64,000 nt of DNA from a virus (taxonomy: Duplodnaviria; Caudoviricetes), in IMG/VR virus record IMGVR_UViG_3300038393_001386, positions 901 through 64,900 of that record; one strand, 5' to 3'. Within the stretch, counting starts at the first letter, position 1. The number at the start of each line of letters is the position of its first letter. The position numbers were made by a program, and so were the translations under genes. Below the pieces are notes generated by a model that worked only from the letters and a program-made list of their open reading frames with translations, was not told the DNA's origin and searched no databases. Below are positions 10,778 through 19,041 of this stretch, in pieces.

Positions 10778-10834
10778 TGCTGCTTTCCTTTTGGTATGCG
10801 TTCTTCATGTCATTTTTTAGTTAAGGGGAAAACC

Positions 10835-11143
10835 ATGTTTGACAAATTCACCGGCATCTTTGAAGTGCTGCAAAAGGGCAAGGCACTGGCTAATGCCAGG
10901 GCCTGGACGACCGGCCAAATCACCGCAACAGCATTGGCTGGATTTCTTCTCTTGGTTATCCAGTACGGGCAAGCGTGGGGCATCCATGTTCCGGCGTGGG
11001 TCGATACTGATTTCGTTAATAAGTTCTGCGATGGCTTTATTGTGTTTGTCAACCTGTACTTCAGTGTCGCCACATCGCACGACCATGGAGTTGGCGGCGT
11101 GTCGCCTGACGGCGCATCCGGTGACAGCTCCGGCCAGTTCTAG
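10835..11143 (+). CDS. Two-TM lysis-cassette membrane protein (holin/antiholin-like)
   Basis: 102 aa with two hydrophobic segments, downstream of endolysin. Confidence 0.55.
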   Translation: MFDKFTGIFEVLQKGKALANARAWTTGQITATALAGFLLLVIQYGQAWGIHVPAWVDTDFVNKFCDGFIVFVNLYFSVATSHDHGVGGVSPDGASGDSSGQF

Positions 11144-11228
11144 GGCCGTGTGCAGCAAGGAAGACGTGCGCGCCTGCGTCGAATGGATCGATGGCGCGGC
11201 GGTGTCGGTCTCCTGCCCGTTTTGAGAC

Positions 11229-11408
11229 ATGAAGCCGCAAAGAACCAAACCCCTGCGCCGGAAGTTGGCGAAGCCGGCGCAGGAAATCAAGCACAACCGG
11301 GAACGGCTGAACCTGGAGCGCTCGCTGGACAAGCGGCGCATGCGGGCCAGGTCGCGCCTGGACGATGAGGAATTGGATGATGAGACTTTCGACGCCGACC
11401 TGGATTAA
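11229..11408 (+). CDS. Small hypothetical protein (basic N-terminus, acidic C-terminus)
   Basis: Hand translation MKPQRTKPLRRKLAK...DDEELDDETFDADLD (59 aa, below ORF-track cutoff). Confidence 0.4.
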   Translation: MKPQRTKPLRRKLAKPAQEIKHNRERLNLERSLDKRRMRARSRLDDEELDDETFDADLD

Positions 11409-11721
11409 GTTGTTCCTGCTGTGGCTGGTGGCGTGCGCGGTCGCGTTGCTGTTGAGCTGGTTGCCGGAAGCGCTCGGCGCAACGCGCAGCTATGCGGCCA
11501 AGTCAGCCTTCGCCAAACGGCAAGCCTGCCCAGCCACGGCGAAGAACACGGTGTCTTGTAAAGGCTTCGTGATCGACCATGTCAAGGCGCTGGACTGCGG
11601 CGGCGCTGATAGCCCGGACAACATGCAATGGCTCACGATCGAGGCGGGAAAGGCAAAGGACAAGACAGAACGTAATGGTCCGGAGTGCCAGCATCGGACG
11701 ACAGGGAAACAGTCTGAGTAG
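11365..11721 (+). CDS. HNH endonuclease with N-terminal hydrophobic/signal segment
   Basis: CPAT...C.GFVIDHVKALDCGGADSPDNMQWLT motif; TM-like LFLLWLVACAVALLL; true start may be 11377 or 11380. Confidence 0.7.
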   Translation: MRNWMMRLSTPTWIKLFLLWLVACAVALLLSWLPEALGATRSYAAKSAFAKRQACPATAKNTVSCKGFVIDHVKALDCGGADSPDNMQWLTIEAGKAKDKTERNGPECQHRTTGKQSE

Positions 11722-11938
11722 CTTTTCCTACTGGTTCGCCGTTGATATAGAGTGTACAACCACCAAAAGTCCATAAGATGCCGTAGAAAGTCCAGTCGCC
11801 CGTCACTACGCCATCGTCCACCAGGATGCCTTGCGGTGGCACGATCAGTGTCTTGACAGGCATCAGCATGCCTGACTTGATATAAACGGGCGCGGCGGCA
11901 GCGGCCAGCATCGCACCAAGGAAGCCTCGACGATTCAT
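11633..11938 (-). CDS. Small protein with twin-arginine (Tat-like) signal peptide
   Basis: MNRRGFLGAMLAAAAAP. Confidence 0.55.
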   Translation of the reverse strand: MNRRGFLGAMLAAAAAPVYIKSGMLMPVKTLIVPPQGILVDDGVVTGDWTFYGILWTFGGCTLYINGEPVGKATQTVSLSSDAGTPDHYVLSCPLPFPPRS

Positions 11939-11940
11939 GA

Positions 11941-12150
11941 TTACACCTGTTCCTCGACCCATAATTGGCGCACGACTTCGGCGGCAGCGTGTTCGCCGCG
12001 CTCGCGCAAAGCGTACTCGGCGCGCAGCAAGGCGTCTTGCGTGGCGTGCCGGTACACATACCTGAGCATCGCGCCGGGGGTCTTACAAGACACTATCTGA
12101 TCTTCATGCCGGTCGATGAAGTCCAATTCGCGTTTTTGGTATGGCGTCAT
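11941..12150 (-). CDS. Hypothetical protein
   Basis: 69 aa ORF coupled in the leftward operon. Confidence 0.55.
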   Translation of the reverse strand: MTPYQKRELDFIDRHEDQIVSCKTPGAMLRYVYRHATQDALLRAEYALRERGEHAAAEVVRQLWVEEQV

Positions 12151-12458
12151 AGTTCGCTATTCTCCTTTTGGTAAGCCTCGGCAATGTCTCGCATCGCCTG
12201 CTGGAATATCTTCGATTCCGGACCCCAAAAGTGCATGGCGTTATAGGCGCGTGCCGCCATTTCCTTCCAGTCCGCCGACCGGCTCGCCATCGGCCCGTCG
12301 CGCCGCTGCCAGCGGGCGATCAAGCTGTCGGTGCTGCCGTTCATGTCAAACGTGACCTGGCAGTCGGCGCAGCGGATCGTGGTGCGCTGATGCCAGTTGT
12401 CGTGCTCGGTTTTGACATTGCCGCCGCAGAACGGGCAGGGCAGTAAGTCAATCACCAT
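12147..12458 (-). CDS. Lar-like (restriction alleviation) zinc-finger protein
   Basis: LLPCPFCGG...CADC motif. Confidence 0.65.
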   Translation of the reverse strand: MVIDLLPCPFCGGNVKTEHDNWHQRTTIRCADCQVTFDMNGSTDSLIARWQRRDGPMASRSADWKEMAARAYNAMHFWGPESKIFQQAMRDIAEAYQKENSEL

Positions 12459-12783
12459 GGTCAGTCTCCTTGTGATCGGATACGGTATCTGATGCTGGCG
12501 GCGGACCTGCATATAAATACGCTTCATCAATCACGCGGCCAACGTTGGTTACTTCCATGTCAACCGGACCCCATGCCGTCGCGCTTATCACTCCCTTCCG
12601 TCCGCGCTTAGGTTGGTACGTGACCATTTTCCCGACTGGATGATTCGATCCGAGCAAATTGCGCAATGCCGCAATAACCAGTTTTGTCGCCTTGAGCATT
12701 TCTGGCGGATCGCCGAAATATTGCATGTGCGTGGTAAAGCCTTGTGCCTGTAATGCGGCGACGATTTGTTCGTCTGTAATCAT
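12448..12783 (-). CDS. Hypothetical protein
   Basis: 111 aa; contains two GA-N7-TC-like sites (NHPV, DTVS). Confidence 0.55.
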   Translation of the reverse strand: MITDEQIVAALQAQGFTTHMQYFGDPPEMLKATKLVIAALRNLLGSNHPVGKMVTYQPKRGRKGVISATAWGPVDMEVTNVGRVIDEAYLYAGPPPASDTVSDHKETDHGD

Positions 12784-12960
12784 TTATTCACCTTTCACAT
12801 TTGAGGAGCTATCTATCGCAAGATCGCGGATGCGGGTAATGATTACATGCGCCTCATCCACCAGCGAGACATTTGGATCTGCAAGAACCTCGTCGCAGAT
12901 CTGTATCACTTCCTCTAGTGTCTCCAGGCGCGCATGCTGCCGGACCTCTTTTTCATTCAT
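12784..12960 (-). CDS. Hypothetical protein
   Basis: MNEKEV...; ends IDSSSNVKGE at a GA-N7-TC site. Confidence 0.5.
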   Translation of the reverse strand: MNEKEVRQHARLETLEEVIQICDEVLADPNVSLVDEAHVIITRIRDLAIDSSSNVKGE

Positions 12961-13055
12961 CGCACAATCCCCTAAAAAGTATTTGCATTGCACGGATTCC
13001 GTGTTATGATGTCTTCATCGGTTGAACGAAACCGACAACCAACAAGGGGAAGACA

Positions 13056-13445
13056 ATGAATAGCAACACGGTCGCCAAAGAGATTTATGCCGATGACAAC
13101 AAGGTCATCATGATCCTCATGGATCAACGGGCGGTTGACCTCGCTGATGCCTTCGTCAGGAACTTGCGCAATACACTGACCGCAGAACAGTGGGATCAGA
13201 TGAAAGAGCTCAATGCTCAATATGGCGAAGGCAGGGTATGCGCCAGCTATGAGTTCTGCGATGCCAACTTGGCGATGGCTCTTGCATTCAAGGCGCTGCG
13301 CATCCCTCTCTGGCGAGACGCTGACGAAAACGGCGATCCGACCGAAAAAACCCTGCGCAATCCAGAAACTGCCATGCTGCACGAAGCGAACGCGCTCTGG
13401 AATTCCGCCTGGGAATACGCCCGCAAAACCAAAATGACCGCCTGA
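13056..13445 (+). CDS. Hypothetical protein (counter-oriented cassette)
   Basis: 129 aa, AGGGAAG RBS; opposite strand to all neighbours. Confidence 0.6.
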   Translation: MNSNTVAKEIYADDNKVIMILMDQRAVDLADAFVRNLRNTLTAEQWDQMKELNAQYGEGRVCASYEFCDANLAMALAFKALRIPLWRDADENGDPTEKTLRNPETAMLHEANALWNSAWEYARKTKMTA

Positions 13446-13446
13446 C

Positions 13447-13632
13447 ATGACGCATCCGACTCCAGAACAGATCCGCAAGGCCCGCGATGCTGTGGGCCTG
13501 TCGCAGACTACTGCCGCCGAGCTAATCCACTCCACCATGCGAACCTGGCAGGATTGGGAGGCCGGCAAAGCCAAGATGCATCCGGGTTTGTGGGAATTAT
13601 TCGCCATTAAGTCGAAGTCCCTTCGCCGTTAG
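13447..13632 (+). CDS. XRE-family helix-turn-helix protein
   Basis: PEQIRKARDAVGLSQTTAAELI...WQDWEAG. Confidence 0.8.
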   Translation: MTHPTPEQIRKARDAVGLSQTTAAELIHSTMRTWQDWEAGKAKMHPGLWELFAIKSKSLRR

Positions 13633-13912
13633 CATGGGATGTGGCATCAAGCGCAGCCACCAACTGTTTAAACGCCTGCTCGGTGTGATAGCGGCCCTTG
13701 ACCTTCACCAGATTGTGAACCGCCTTCATCACGGCATTAATGCGATCCGTGCGATATGTGCTGTAATCCGCGTCCATGCCAGTGTCGTACTCATAGTCCG
13801 GGTCCGAGACGATGGAATCGATAATCTGCAATTCCAGGCTCAGCCGGGCCTTCTGGCTGATTAACGCTTGCAGCTCTGGATGCCGCCAATCAATGTCCTG
13901 CTTCTTATCCAT
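13607..13912 (-). CDS. Hypothetical protein (array A module)
   Basis: MDKKQDIDW...LDATSHANG; ends at the TGCCACA site. Confidence 0.6.
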   Translation of the reverse strand: MDKKQDIDWRHPELQALISQKARLSLELQIIDSIVSDPDYEYDTGMDADYSTYRTDRINAVMKAVHNLVKVKGRYHTEQAFKQLVAALDATSHANGEGTST

Positions 13913-14171
13913 TGCTCTCTCCATCTGATGGGACATCTGTTGTTTGCTCAAGCGAAAACAGGTAGCGCAACCAGCTCTGTGCGCCGCCTTTGGTCAGATG
14001 ATCCCGATCATGTGAATCAGCAACCCATTCGGGCCAGTAACCATCGAAGCCTGACATTTCCAGATGCCGACACATATCCTTGAGTGTGATGCTGCTGGTT
14101 GCGCCATACAGTTGCAGGAAAGTTCGGACTGCGCGGTTCTCGCCATCATCGTCCAGCAGTTTTCTAGTCAT
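13905..14171 (-). CDS. Hypothetical protein (array A module)
   Basis: MTRKLLDDDG...TDVPSDGESNG; CAGGAG RBS. Confidence 0.6.
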   Translation of the reverse strand: MTRKLLDDDGENRAVRTFLQLYGATSSITLKDMCRHLEMSGFDGYWPEWVADSHDRDHLTKGGAQSWLRYLFSLEQTTDVPSDGESNG

Positions 14172-14203
14172 TTGATTTTTCTCCTGTTGCTTCCGATAGT
14201 GCC

Positions 14204-14371
14204 TCAAACGTCAATTAGCGCCGACACTTCGACGACGGCATCTGGATACTTCTCGCGCAATGATTCGGCATATTCGCAAGCCTCATCAAAATCGTTGAAT
14301 TCCTTGGTGTGACAGGCCGAGCAAAAAACGGAGTAGCAGACCACAAGCAAGGTTGACCATTGTGATTTCAT
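14204..14371 (-). CDS. Small hypothetical protein (array A module)
   Basis: Hand translation MKSQWSTLL...VSALIDV (55 aa); stop lies in the GGCACTA site. Confidence 0.45.
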   Translation of the reverse strand: MKSQWSTLLVVCYSVFCSACHTKEFNDFDEACEYAESLREKYPDAVVEVSALIDV

Positions 14372-14586
14372 TCCTGTTCTCCCTTTGATGATCCATCTGT
14401 CGCAAGGCGTTTAATGCGGTCTTCGCATCTAGAGCATCCGCAATGTTTTCTAGCTTCTTCTAGGGCGGCAGCGCGGGAGGCTTGCCATGCTCTCCAAGCA
14501 TCGGCGGTTCCGGTGTCTGCATATTCGCCATCAACCATATCCAGCGGCGATCCCCACCAGCCCTCGAATTGCTCCCGTATAGTCAT
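14368..14586 (-). CDS. Hypothetical protein (array A module)
   Basis: RAAALEEA motif; ends ATDGSSKGEQE. Confidence 0.6.
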   Translation of the reverse strand: MTIREQFEGWWGSPLDMVDGEYADTGTADAWRAWQASRAAALEEARKHCGCSRCEDRIKRLATDGSSKGEQE

Positions 14587-15215
14587 TTCGGCTCCGATGA
14601 ATTAGAGGGGTGATCAAGCGGGTCATTGATACCTGGACCACAGCAGGGAACAAAGTGCATCATTCCAGCCGTGCGATGACATGGACAGGCGCAGTCGTTA
14701 TATGCCGGATTGCATCCTTCCCGGTTTGGCGCAATCAAGTTGCCGGTATCAGATGAACGATCCAGCGCAGCAGTGACGGCAACCCGGGCATATTCGCGCA
14801 TTTGGTCGGCAGTAAAAACGTCATTCCTTCGGCTTGCGTGGAATGGTAATTGGGCAAACGGGCCGGTTCTGTTCTCATTCCAGTAGCCATCATCGAAAAT
14901 GGTTCCGACCGGCGCGGGCAACTCGGCAGATGCAGGAGATGGGCGATCCGATGCAAGACCGCGCAAGTGCTGAATGCAGGAGCGGATTTCATCCAATCCA
15001 CCCGGCCACGCATCGAAAAATTCTTTGAGAATCCGTGCAGCGCCATCGGCCGTCATCGAATACTTGCCGCCATGCTCACTTTCCCATTCGACATCGGCGT
15101 GTGCTGCTGTAAGCCGCTCGATCTCTCCAATCAACTTGAGGACACCGGAAGCCTTGAGCACGAAATCATCGGGCTGGACCTCGCACATCTCCTTCATTTT
15201 TGCCAAATCAATCAT
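14583..15215 (-). CDS. Three-module mosaic protein (array A)
   Basis: Modules joined in frame by SDRPS, LDRSS and LDHPS. Confidence 0.65.
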   Translation of the reverse strand: MIDLAKMKEMCEVQPDDFVLKASGVLKLIGEIERLTAAHADVEWESEHGGKYSMTADGAARILKEFFDAWPGGLDEIRSCIQHLRGLASDRPSPASAELPAPVGTIFDDGYWNENRTGPFAQLPFHASRRNDVFTADQMREYARVAVTAALDRSSDTGNLIAPNREGCNPAYNDCACPCHRTAGMMHFVPCCGPGINDPLDHPSNSSEPK

Positions 15216-15351
15216 TGTTTTCCTCTCCTGCGTTAGCTGGTCTATCCGTTCGGCGCTCCGCTCGCCAATGCTTGAATTTGGCCACTGGCAGCAACAGCAC
15301 ATAGCTCACCAGATAAAACACCAATCCGATAACGTCTTTGATGGTCCTCAT
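15208..15351 (-). CDS. Small membrane protein (array A module)
   Basis: Hand translation MRTIKDVIGLVFYLVSYVLLLPV...TDRPA (47 aa); GGAGGA RBS. Confidence 0.45.
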   Translation of the reverse strand: MRTIKDVIGLVFYLVSYVLLLPVAKFKHWRAERRTDRPANAGEENND

Positions 15352-15369
15352 GTATCCTCCGATGGTCGA

Positions 15370-15567
15370 TTACATGCGCGGCCTCAGCAGCATCGCCTTG
15401 ACATGGCTGTATCCCGCGCGGCGGCACGCTTCGTAATCTTCGGGCTGCAGGTAAAACACCCGCTGCGTCAGCGGCGTGCCGATCCGGTTGTAATAGTCAT
15501 CCTGCTGCATCACCTGCTTGCCGTAAGTTGCCCACATCCGATGCGCCACTTGGATATCGCGTGTCAT
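15370..15567 (-). CDS. Hypothetical protein
   Basis: MTRDIQVAH...; GGAGA RBS. Confidence 0.5.
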   Translation of the reverse strand: MTRDIQVAHRMWATYGKQVMQQDDYYNRIGTPLTQRVFYLQPEDYEACRRAGYSHVKAMLLRPRM

Positions 15568-15824
15568 ACGGTCTCCTTTCTGCCTTCGCGCAGCGCGATC
15601 AGCTCGCGCCGGAAATCCCGGTTGCGCAGCGCACAATTCACCATCATCAGCCGCAAGTCATCGATCCGGCTCTGCCGGTCGCGCAGCAATTCCTCCAGCA
15701 TCGCGATCCGCGCCGCCCGCGCTTTCAACTCGTCCTGCTGGCGCAGGAATTCCGCCTGGTACTGCTGCGCCTGCCGCTCCAGTTCCTCTATCCGGCGCTC
15801 CAGCGTGGAACGGTGGATCGTCAT
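15564..15824 (-). CDS. Coiled-coil hypothetical protein
   Basis: LERRIEELERQ heptad pattern. Confidence 0.55.
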   Translation of the reverse strand: MTIHRSTLERRIEELERQAQQYQAEFLRQQDELKARAARIAMLEELLRDRQSRIDDLRLMMVNCALRNRDFRRELIALREGRKETV

Positions 15825-16411
15825 GCCAGCAACTCCAGACAACGCGCTCGCAGCGCCTCCGTTTCCGCTATGGTCGGCATATAGGTGTGCGGCTGCAGGA
15901 AATAATCGTCCAGATCGACCGGCAGATATAAATTCGAGGTATCGTGCGTGTCCGCGCACTGGAACAGTCCCAGCAGGATCGGCGCATCGCCCATGCAACG
16001 CAGCGTGTGGATTTCCTGGTCCGTCACTTCATACGCCTGTTCGCTCGGCGTGAGCCGTTCCTGCTTGCCAGCCAGCGCCACCCGTCCCGCCGGCTCGCGG
16101 TGCCGCGTTTCGGCGCGATACAAGTATTGCTGCCAGTCGCCATGCGCCGACTCATCTGCCCGGAACCGCCAATGCTCCAGGCTGCCGTGCAACACGAAGG
16201 TGGAAAAGCCATAGCGGTGCGAATGCGGATGGACCAGAAAGCCGCTGTTCGGGTTGATCGGCTTGTCGATCAGGTACATCTTGACGGTCAGCTCGAAGCT
16301 GCGATGCAGGCACAGGTAATGCATGCCATCGACATGGTAGTTCATCGAGGAATGGGGGCGCATCTGCTTCGGATCGAGTTGATGGAGCAATGCCTTGAAG
16401 ACAGTGCGCAT
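15821..16411 (-). CDS. Cupin-like protein
   Basis: VHPHSHRYGFSTFVLHGSLEH and EIHTL His-rich cupin pattern. Confidence 0.55.
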   Translation of the reverse strand: MRTVFKALLHQLDPKQMRPHSSMNYHVDGMHYLCLHRSFELTVKMYLIDKPINPNSGFLVHPHSHRYGFSTFVLHGSLEHWRFRADESAHGDWQQYLYRAETRHREPAGRVALAGKQERLTPSEQAYEVTDQEIHTLRCMGDAPILLGLFQCADTHDTSNLYLPVDLDDYFLQPHTYMPTIAETEALRARCLELLA

Positions 16412-16420
16412 GGCGTTCTC

Positions 16421-16609
16421 CTAATGGTAGAGGCGGTGGGCCTCGATGCAATGGCGCAGCACCATGTAGCGGAAGGGCAGCGGCAGTTCGTCCCATGCCG
16501 ATGGCTCTTGCGCGAGCATGCGCATGACCATCAAGGCCACACGGGAGCGTTCTTCACACAGCGCTTGCTGGCGCGGCGTGCGCTGCGGCAACAAGGCGAG
16601 CGCGCTCAT
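16421..16609 (-). CDS. Hypothetical protein
   Basis: Coupled ORF in the early operon. Confidence 0.45.
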   Translation of the reverse strand: MSALALLPQRTPRQQALCEERSRVALMVMRMLAQEPSAWDELPLPFRYMVLRHCIEAHRLYH

Positions 16610-16830
16610 GATGGCACCCGCAAGTCTGCGCCTTGCAGCGGCAAGCCGTGTTTCGTCAGCGCATGGGTGGCCAGCTTGAAGCCATCGCGCAGCGCGGATT
16701 CGTTGTCCTTGCCCAGCAAGTGGTAATAGACGGCAGTGCGCAGCGTTTGCAGCGCACGCACCAAATCCTCGTGGCAATCCATGCAGGTGCAGGCATGGCG
16801 AATCATGTCTTCATCCAAGTCAATATTCAT
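16606..16830 (-). CDS. Hypothetical protein
   Basis: MNIDLDEDM...; GGGAG RBS. Confidence 0.5.
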   Translation of the reverse strand: MNIDLDEDMIRHACTCMDCHEDLVRALQTLRTAVYYHLLGKDNESALRDGFKLATHALTKHGLPLQGADLRVPS

Positions 16831-16877
16831 TGATCGTCTCCCGATCCGGTAATGATACTGCATTCGTGGACGTTAAA

Positions 16878-16892
16878 CTACCAAAATGGTTG
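16878..16892. promoter_or_regulatory. CTACC-N5-GGTAG-type operator (variant)
   Basis: CTACC AAAAT GGTTG in an AT-rich intergenic gap. Confidence 0.55.
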
Positions 16893-16915
16893 CATAAAAG
16901 GGGAGCAAAAAAGGG

Positions 16916-17158
16916 TCAAAATGGCACATGCAGCACCGCCGGACTCTGCTTGCGCTGCCGCTTCTCTTGCGCCAGTTCCGCTTGCAAATGGCGCTGCCCT
17001 TCCGCCGTCCACAACAGGTCACGCAGCAGTTTTTGCGCGTGATACAGCGACGTGCGCCATTCCGCCTTGGCGGATTCTGGCGTGGCCGGGTTGTGCAACT
17101 GCTGGCGGCAATGATCAATGTGTCGCCGCGCCAAGGCGATTTTCAGCGCCATGCTCAT
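16916..17158 (-). CDS. Hypothetical protein
   Basis: 80 aa ORF, GGAGAG RBS. Confidence 0.5.
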   Translation of the reverse strand: MSMALKIALARRHIDHCRQQLHNPATPESAKAEWRTSLYHAQKLLRDLLWTAEGQRHLQAELAQEKRQRKQSPAVLHVPF

Positions 17159-17257
17159 GTCACTCTCCTTGCTAGGTGACGCCGGCGCACTTGCCGAGCA
17201 TCGAAATGATCCAAAGGATCGCTATCCCTGCCAATATGCCTCTTGCCAATGGTCCGA

Positions 17258-17476
17258 TCATGCTGGTTCTCCTTTCTTGACGCGCTTGGCTTCGTCGGTG
17301 ACCCGCTGATATACGCCATACATGGCGTCGGTCGCTTGCTGGAGCACCCGCTGGCGCAGCGCCAGATACTGCTGGTAGCGCAGCCCTTCGCGCTGTGCGC
17401 ACTCGCGGATTTCCGTGTCCAATTCCATCAGACGGTGCCGCATGCTGGTCAGCGTGAGTTTCGGTTCGCCGCTCAT
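17258..17476 (-). CDS. Hypothetical coiled-coil protein
   Basis: 72 aa ORF, AGGAG RBS. Confidence 0.5.
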   Translation of the reverse strand: MSGEPKLTLTSMRHRLMELDTEIRECAQREGLRYQQYLALRQRVLQQATDAMYGVYQRVTDEAKRVKKGEPA

Positions 17477-17485
17477 GTCATGCTC

Positions 17486-17815
17486 CTAGTCGATCCTGCT
17501 GCCGCATTCTTGCGCCACGGCTTGCAGGTTATGCTTCAATGCCAGGAACTGCTGCTTGGCCTGGTGCAGTTCGGCGTACGCGATGCGGATCGCTGCGTCG
17601 CACGCCTCATGCTCAGTCGCAAAGGCCTCGCTCCAGGAGTAGTAATAGGAGCGTGTCGATTTCTCCGGCACGCCGTAAAAGCCCCAACTGTGGCCCAGGC
17701 TGGTTTTCTCAATCTTGGTCAGATGCACCTTCAGCGGCAATTCGCCGTGCCGGGTCCGCTTGCGTCCCACGATCCACAAGACTGTCGGCATCGTGCCTTC
17801 GTAGTGGTATGCCAT
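17486..17815 (-). CDS. Hypothetical protein
   Basis: 109 aa; GGAGACCATCATG start motif. Confidence 0.55.
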   Translation of the reverse strand: MAYHYEGTMPTVLWIVGRKRTRHGELPLKVHLTKIEKTSLGHSWGFYGVPEKSTRSYYYSWSEAFATEHEACDAAIRIAYAELHQAKQQFLALKHNLQAVAQECGSRID

Positions 17816-17828
17816 GATGGTCTCCTAG

Positions 17829-18029
17829 TTACGCTTCCGTGACACTGAAATCATCGTCGGCATTGATGCCGAACCGCTCGAACGGCTCATCATCGGCCAC
17901 GCCGTAATTCGACAGCGCCGCCTCGCGCGCATAGGGTTCGGTCGTTTCTGTGACGACGCCAAGCCACAACGGACGATTCTCGCGCGTCACATACACATCC
18001 CACACTTTCAGATTCGCCAGCGATTTCAT
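17829..18029 (-). CDS. Hypothetical protein
   Basis: 66 aa; GGAGAACATCATG start motif. Confidence 0.55.
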   Translation of the reverse strand: MKSLANLKVWDVYVTRENRPLWLGVVTETTEPYAREAALSNYGVADDEPFERFGINADDDFSVTEA

Positions 18030-18068
18030 GATGTTCTCCTATGGCGGGCTTGCGCCCGCCGGGTGGTG

Positions 18069-18932
18069 TCAGGCTGTTTCCAGTTCCGGCAACCGCTCGC
18101 CGCGCTTCAATGCCGCCATGCCTTCGGCCAGCCGGGACAGCGCCTTGTTCAGCCGCACGTTTTCATTGACGCCGCCGACTTCGCGGGTGGTCGTTCGCTT
18201 GCCAGTGCTGGTGCGCCCCGGCAGTCCGCCGCGCACGATGTTTTCCTGCACGCGGTTAAAGGTCGTCCACAAGTCGTTGTTCTGATCCTGCGGACGGCGG
18301 ACGGTCAGCAAGCGGTCGGCATCTACTGGAGCCTTGCCGCCTTCCCACCGCAGTTCCTGCGCGGCGTTGGCTAGCAAGAGTTGTTCGGGCCGATCGAGCC
18401 GGATCGCCTTGTAATCGTCAATCGTTTCTTCGACTTGCTTGAGGTTATCGATCACGCGGAACGAGCCTTCGATCACGTCATCGACCACGTTGCCGGTGTG
18501 CCGGACTTTGACGTGCTCGCCGATTTCGCCCATGATCAAGCCGTTCTTGCAGATGTAGCGGAACACGCCTTCCATGATCTGGTATGAGCTGGTGCCGTCG
18601 TGGCTGTTGACCAGCACGATTTCTCCGGTTTCCTGACTGGAATGCAGCTTCGCATCCGGGTGCCGCAGGCGCAGCAAGTGCTTGGTGAAATCGCGCTTGC
18701 CTTCATCGCGGCACTTGGTTTGCCGGACCTCGAACACCTGGAAGCCTTCGCGGCGCAGGCCGGCGAGCACGTCCGAAGTCGGGATAAAGGCATAGCGTTG
18801 GCCGCGTGAGTCATGCGCGTGATCGGCAAAGATCGATGGCGCGTAACGGGCGATCGTGTCATCGTCCAGCGGGGTGGCCGATTGAAAAACGGTTTGATTC
18901 TTTTGTGCTCCATAGCGTACAAAGTTCAACAT
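18069..18932 (-). CDS. DUF932/DUF945-family protein
   Basis: IPTSDVLAGLRREGF, FTKHLLRLR, EIVLVNSHDGTSSYQ, NDLWTTFNRVQEN motifs. Confidence 0.85.
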   Translation of the reverse strand: MLNFVRYGAQKNQTVFQSATPLDDDTIARYAPSIFADHAHDSRGQRYAFIPTSDVLAGLRREGFQVFEVRQTKCRDEGKRDFTKHLLRLRHPDAKLHSSQETGEIVLVNSHDGTSSYQIMEGVFRYICKNGLIMGEIGEHVKVRHTGNVVDDVIEGSFRVIDNLKQVEETIDDYKAIRLDRPEQLLLANAAQELRWEGGKAPVDADRLLTVRRPQDQNNDLWTTFNRVQENIVRGGLPGRTSTGKRTTTREVGGVNENVRLNKALSRLAEGMAALKRGERLPELETA

Positions 18933-18971
18933 GATGGTTCTCCAAGGTTGTGGTCTAGTTCGGTCTGTCTG

Positions 18972-19012
18972 CTACCGTATTGGTAGTATATGATACCGTA
19001 TTAGGATGTCAA
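18972..19012 (-). promoter_or_regulatory. Leftward sigma70 promoter with overlapping operator
   Basis: Minus-strand TTGACA-16nt-TATACT; CTACC GTATT GGTAG at 18972-18986. Confidence 0.8.
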
Positions 19013-19041
19013 GGTAAAAAATGGTCGCAAATGTGAAAAAG

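Larger units (their letters stand above)
13636..15248 (-). repeat. Cassette array A: ordered GA-N7-TC sites separating short coding modules
   Basis: 11-mer sites start (+ strand) at 15236, 14938, 14752, 14605, 14387, 14195, 13927, 13638; minus-strand cores TAGACCA, TCGCCCA, TCGTTCA, TCACCCC, TGGATCA, GGCACTA, TGTCCCA, TGCCACA. Confidence 0.85.

Noticed and set aside
11085-11225. Embedded Rz1-like lipoprotein (MELAAC...)
   Set aside because: The LAAC lipobox has no preceding hydrophobic signal peptide.
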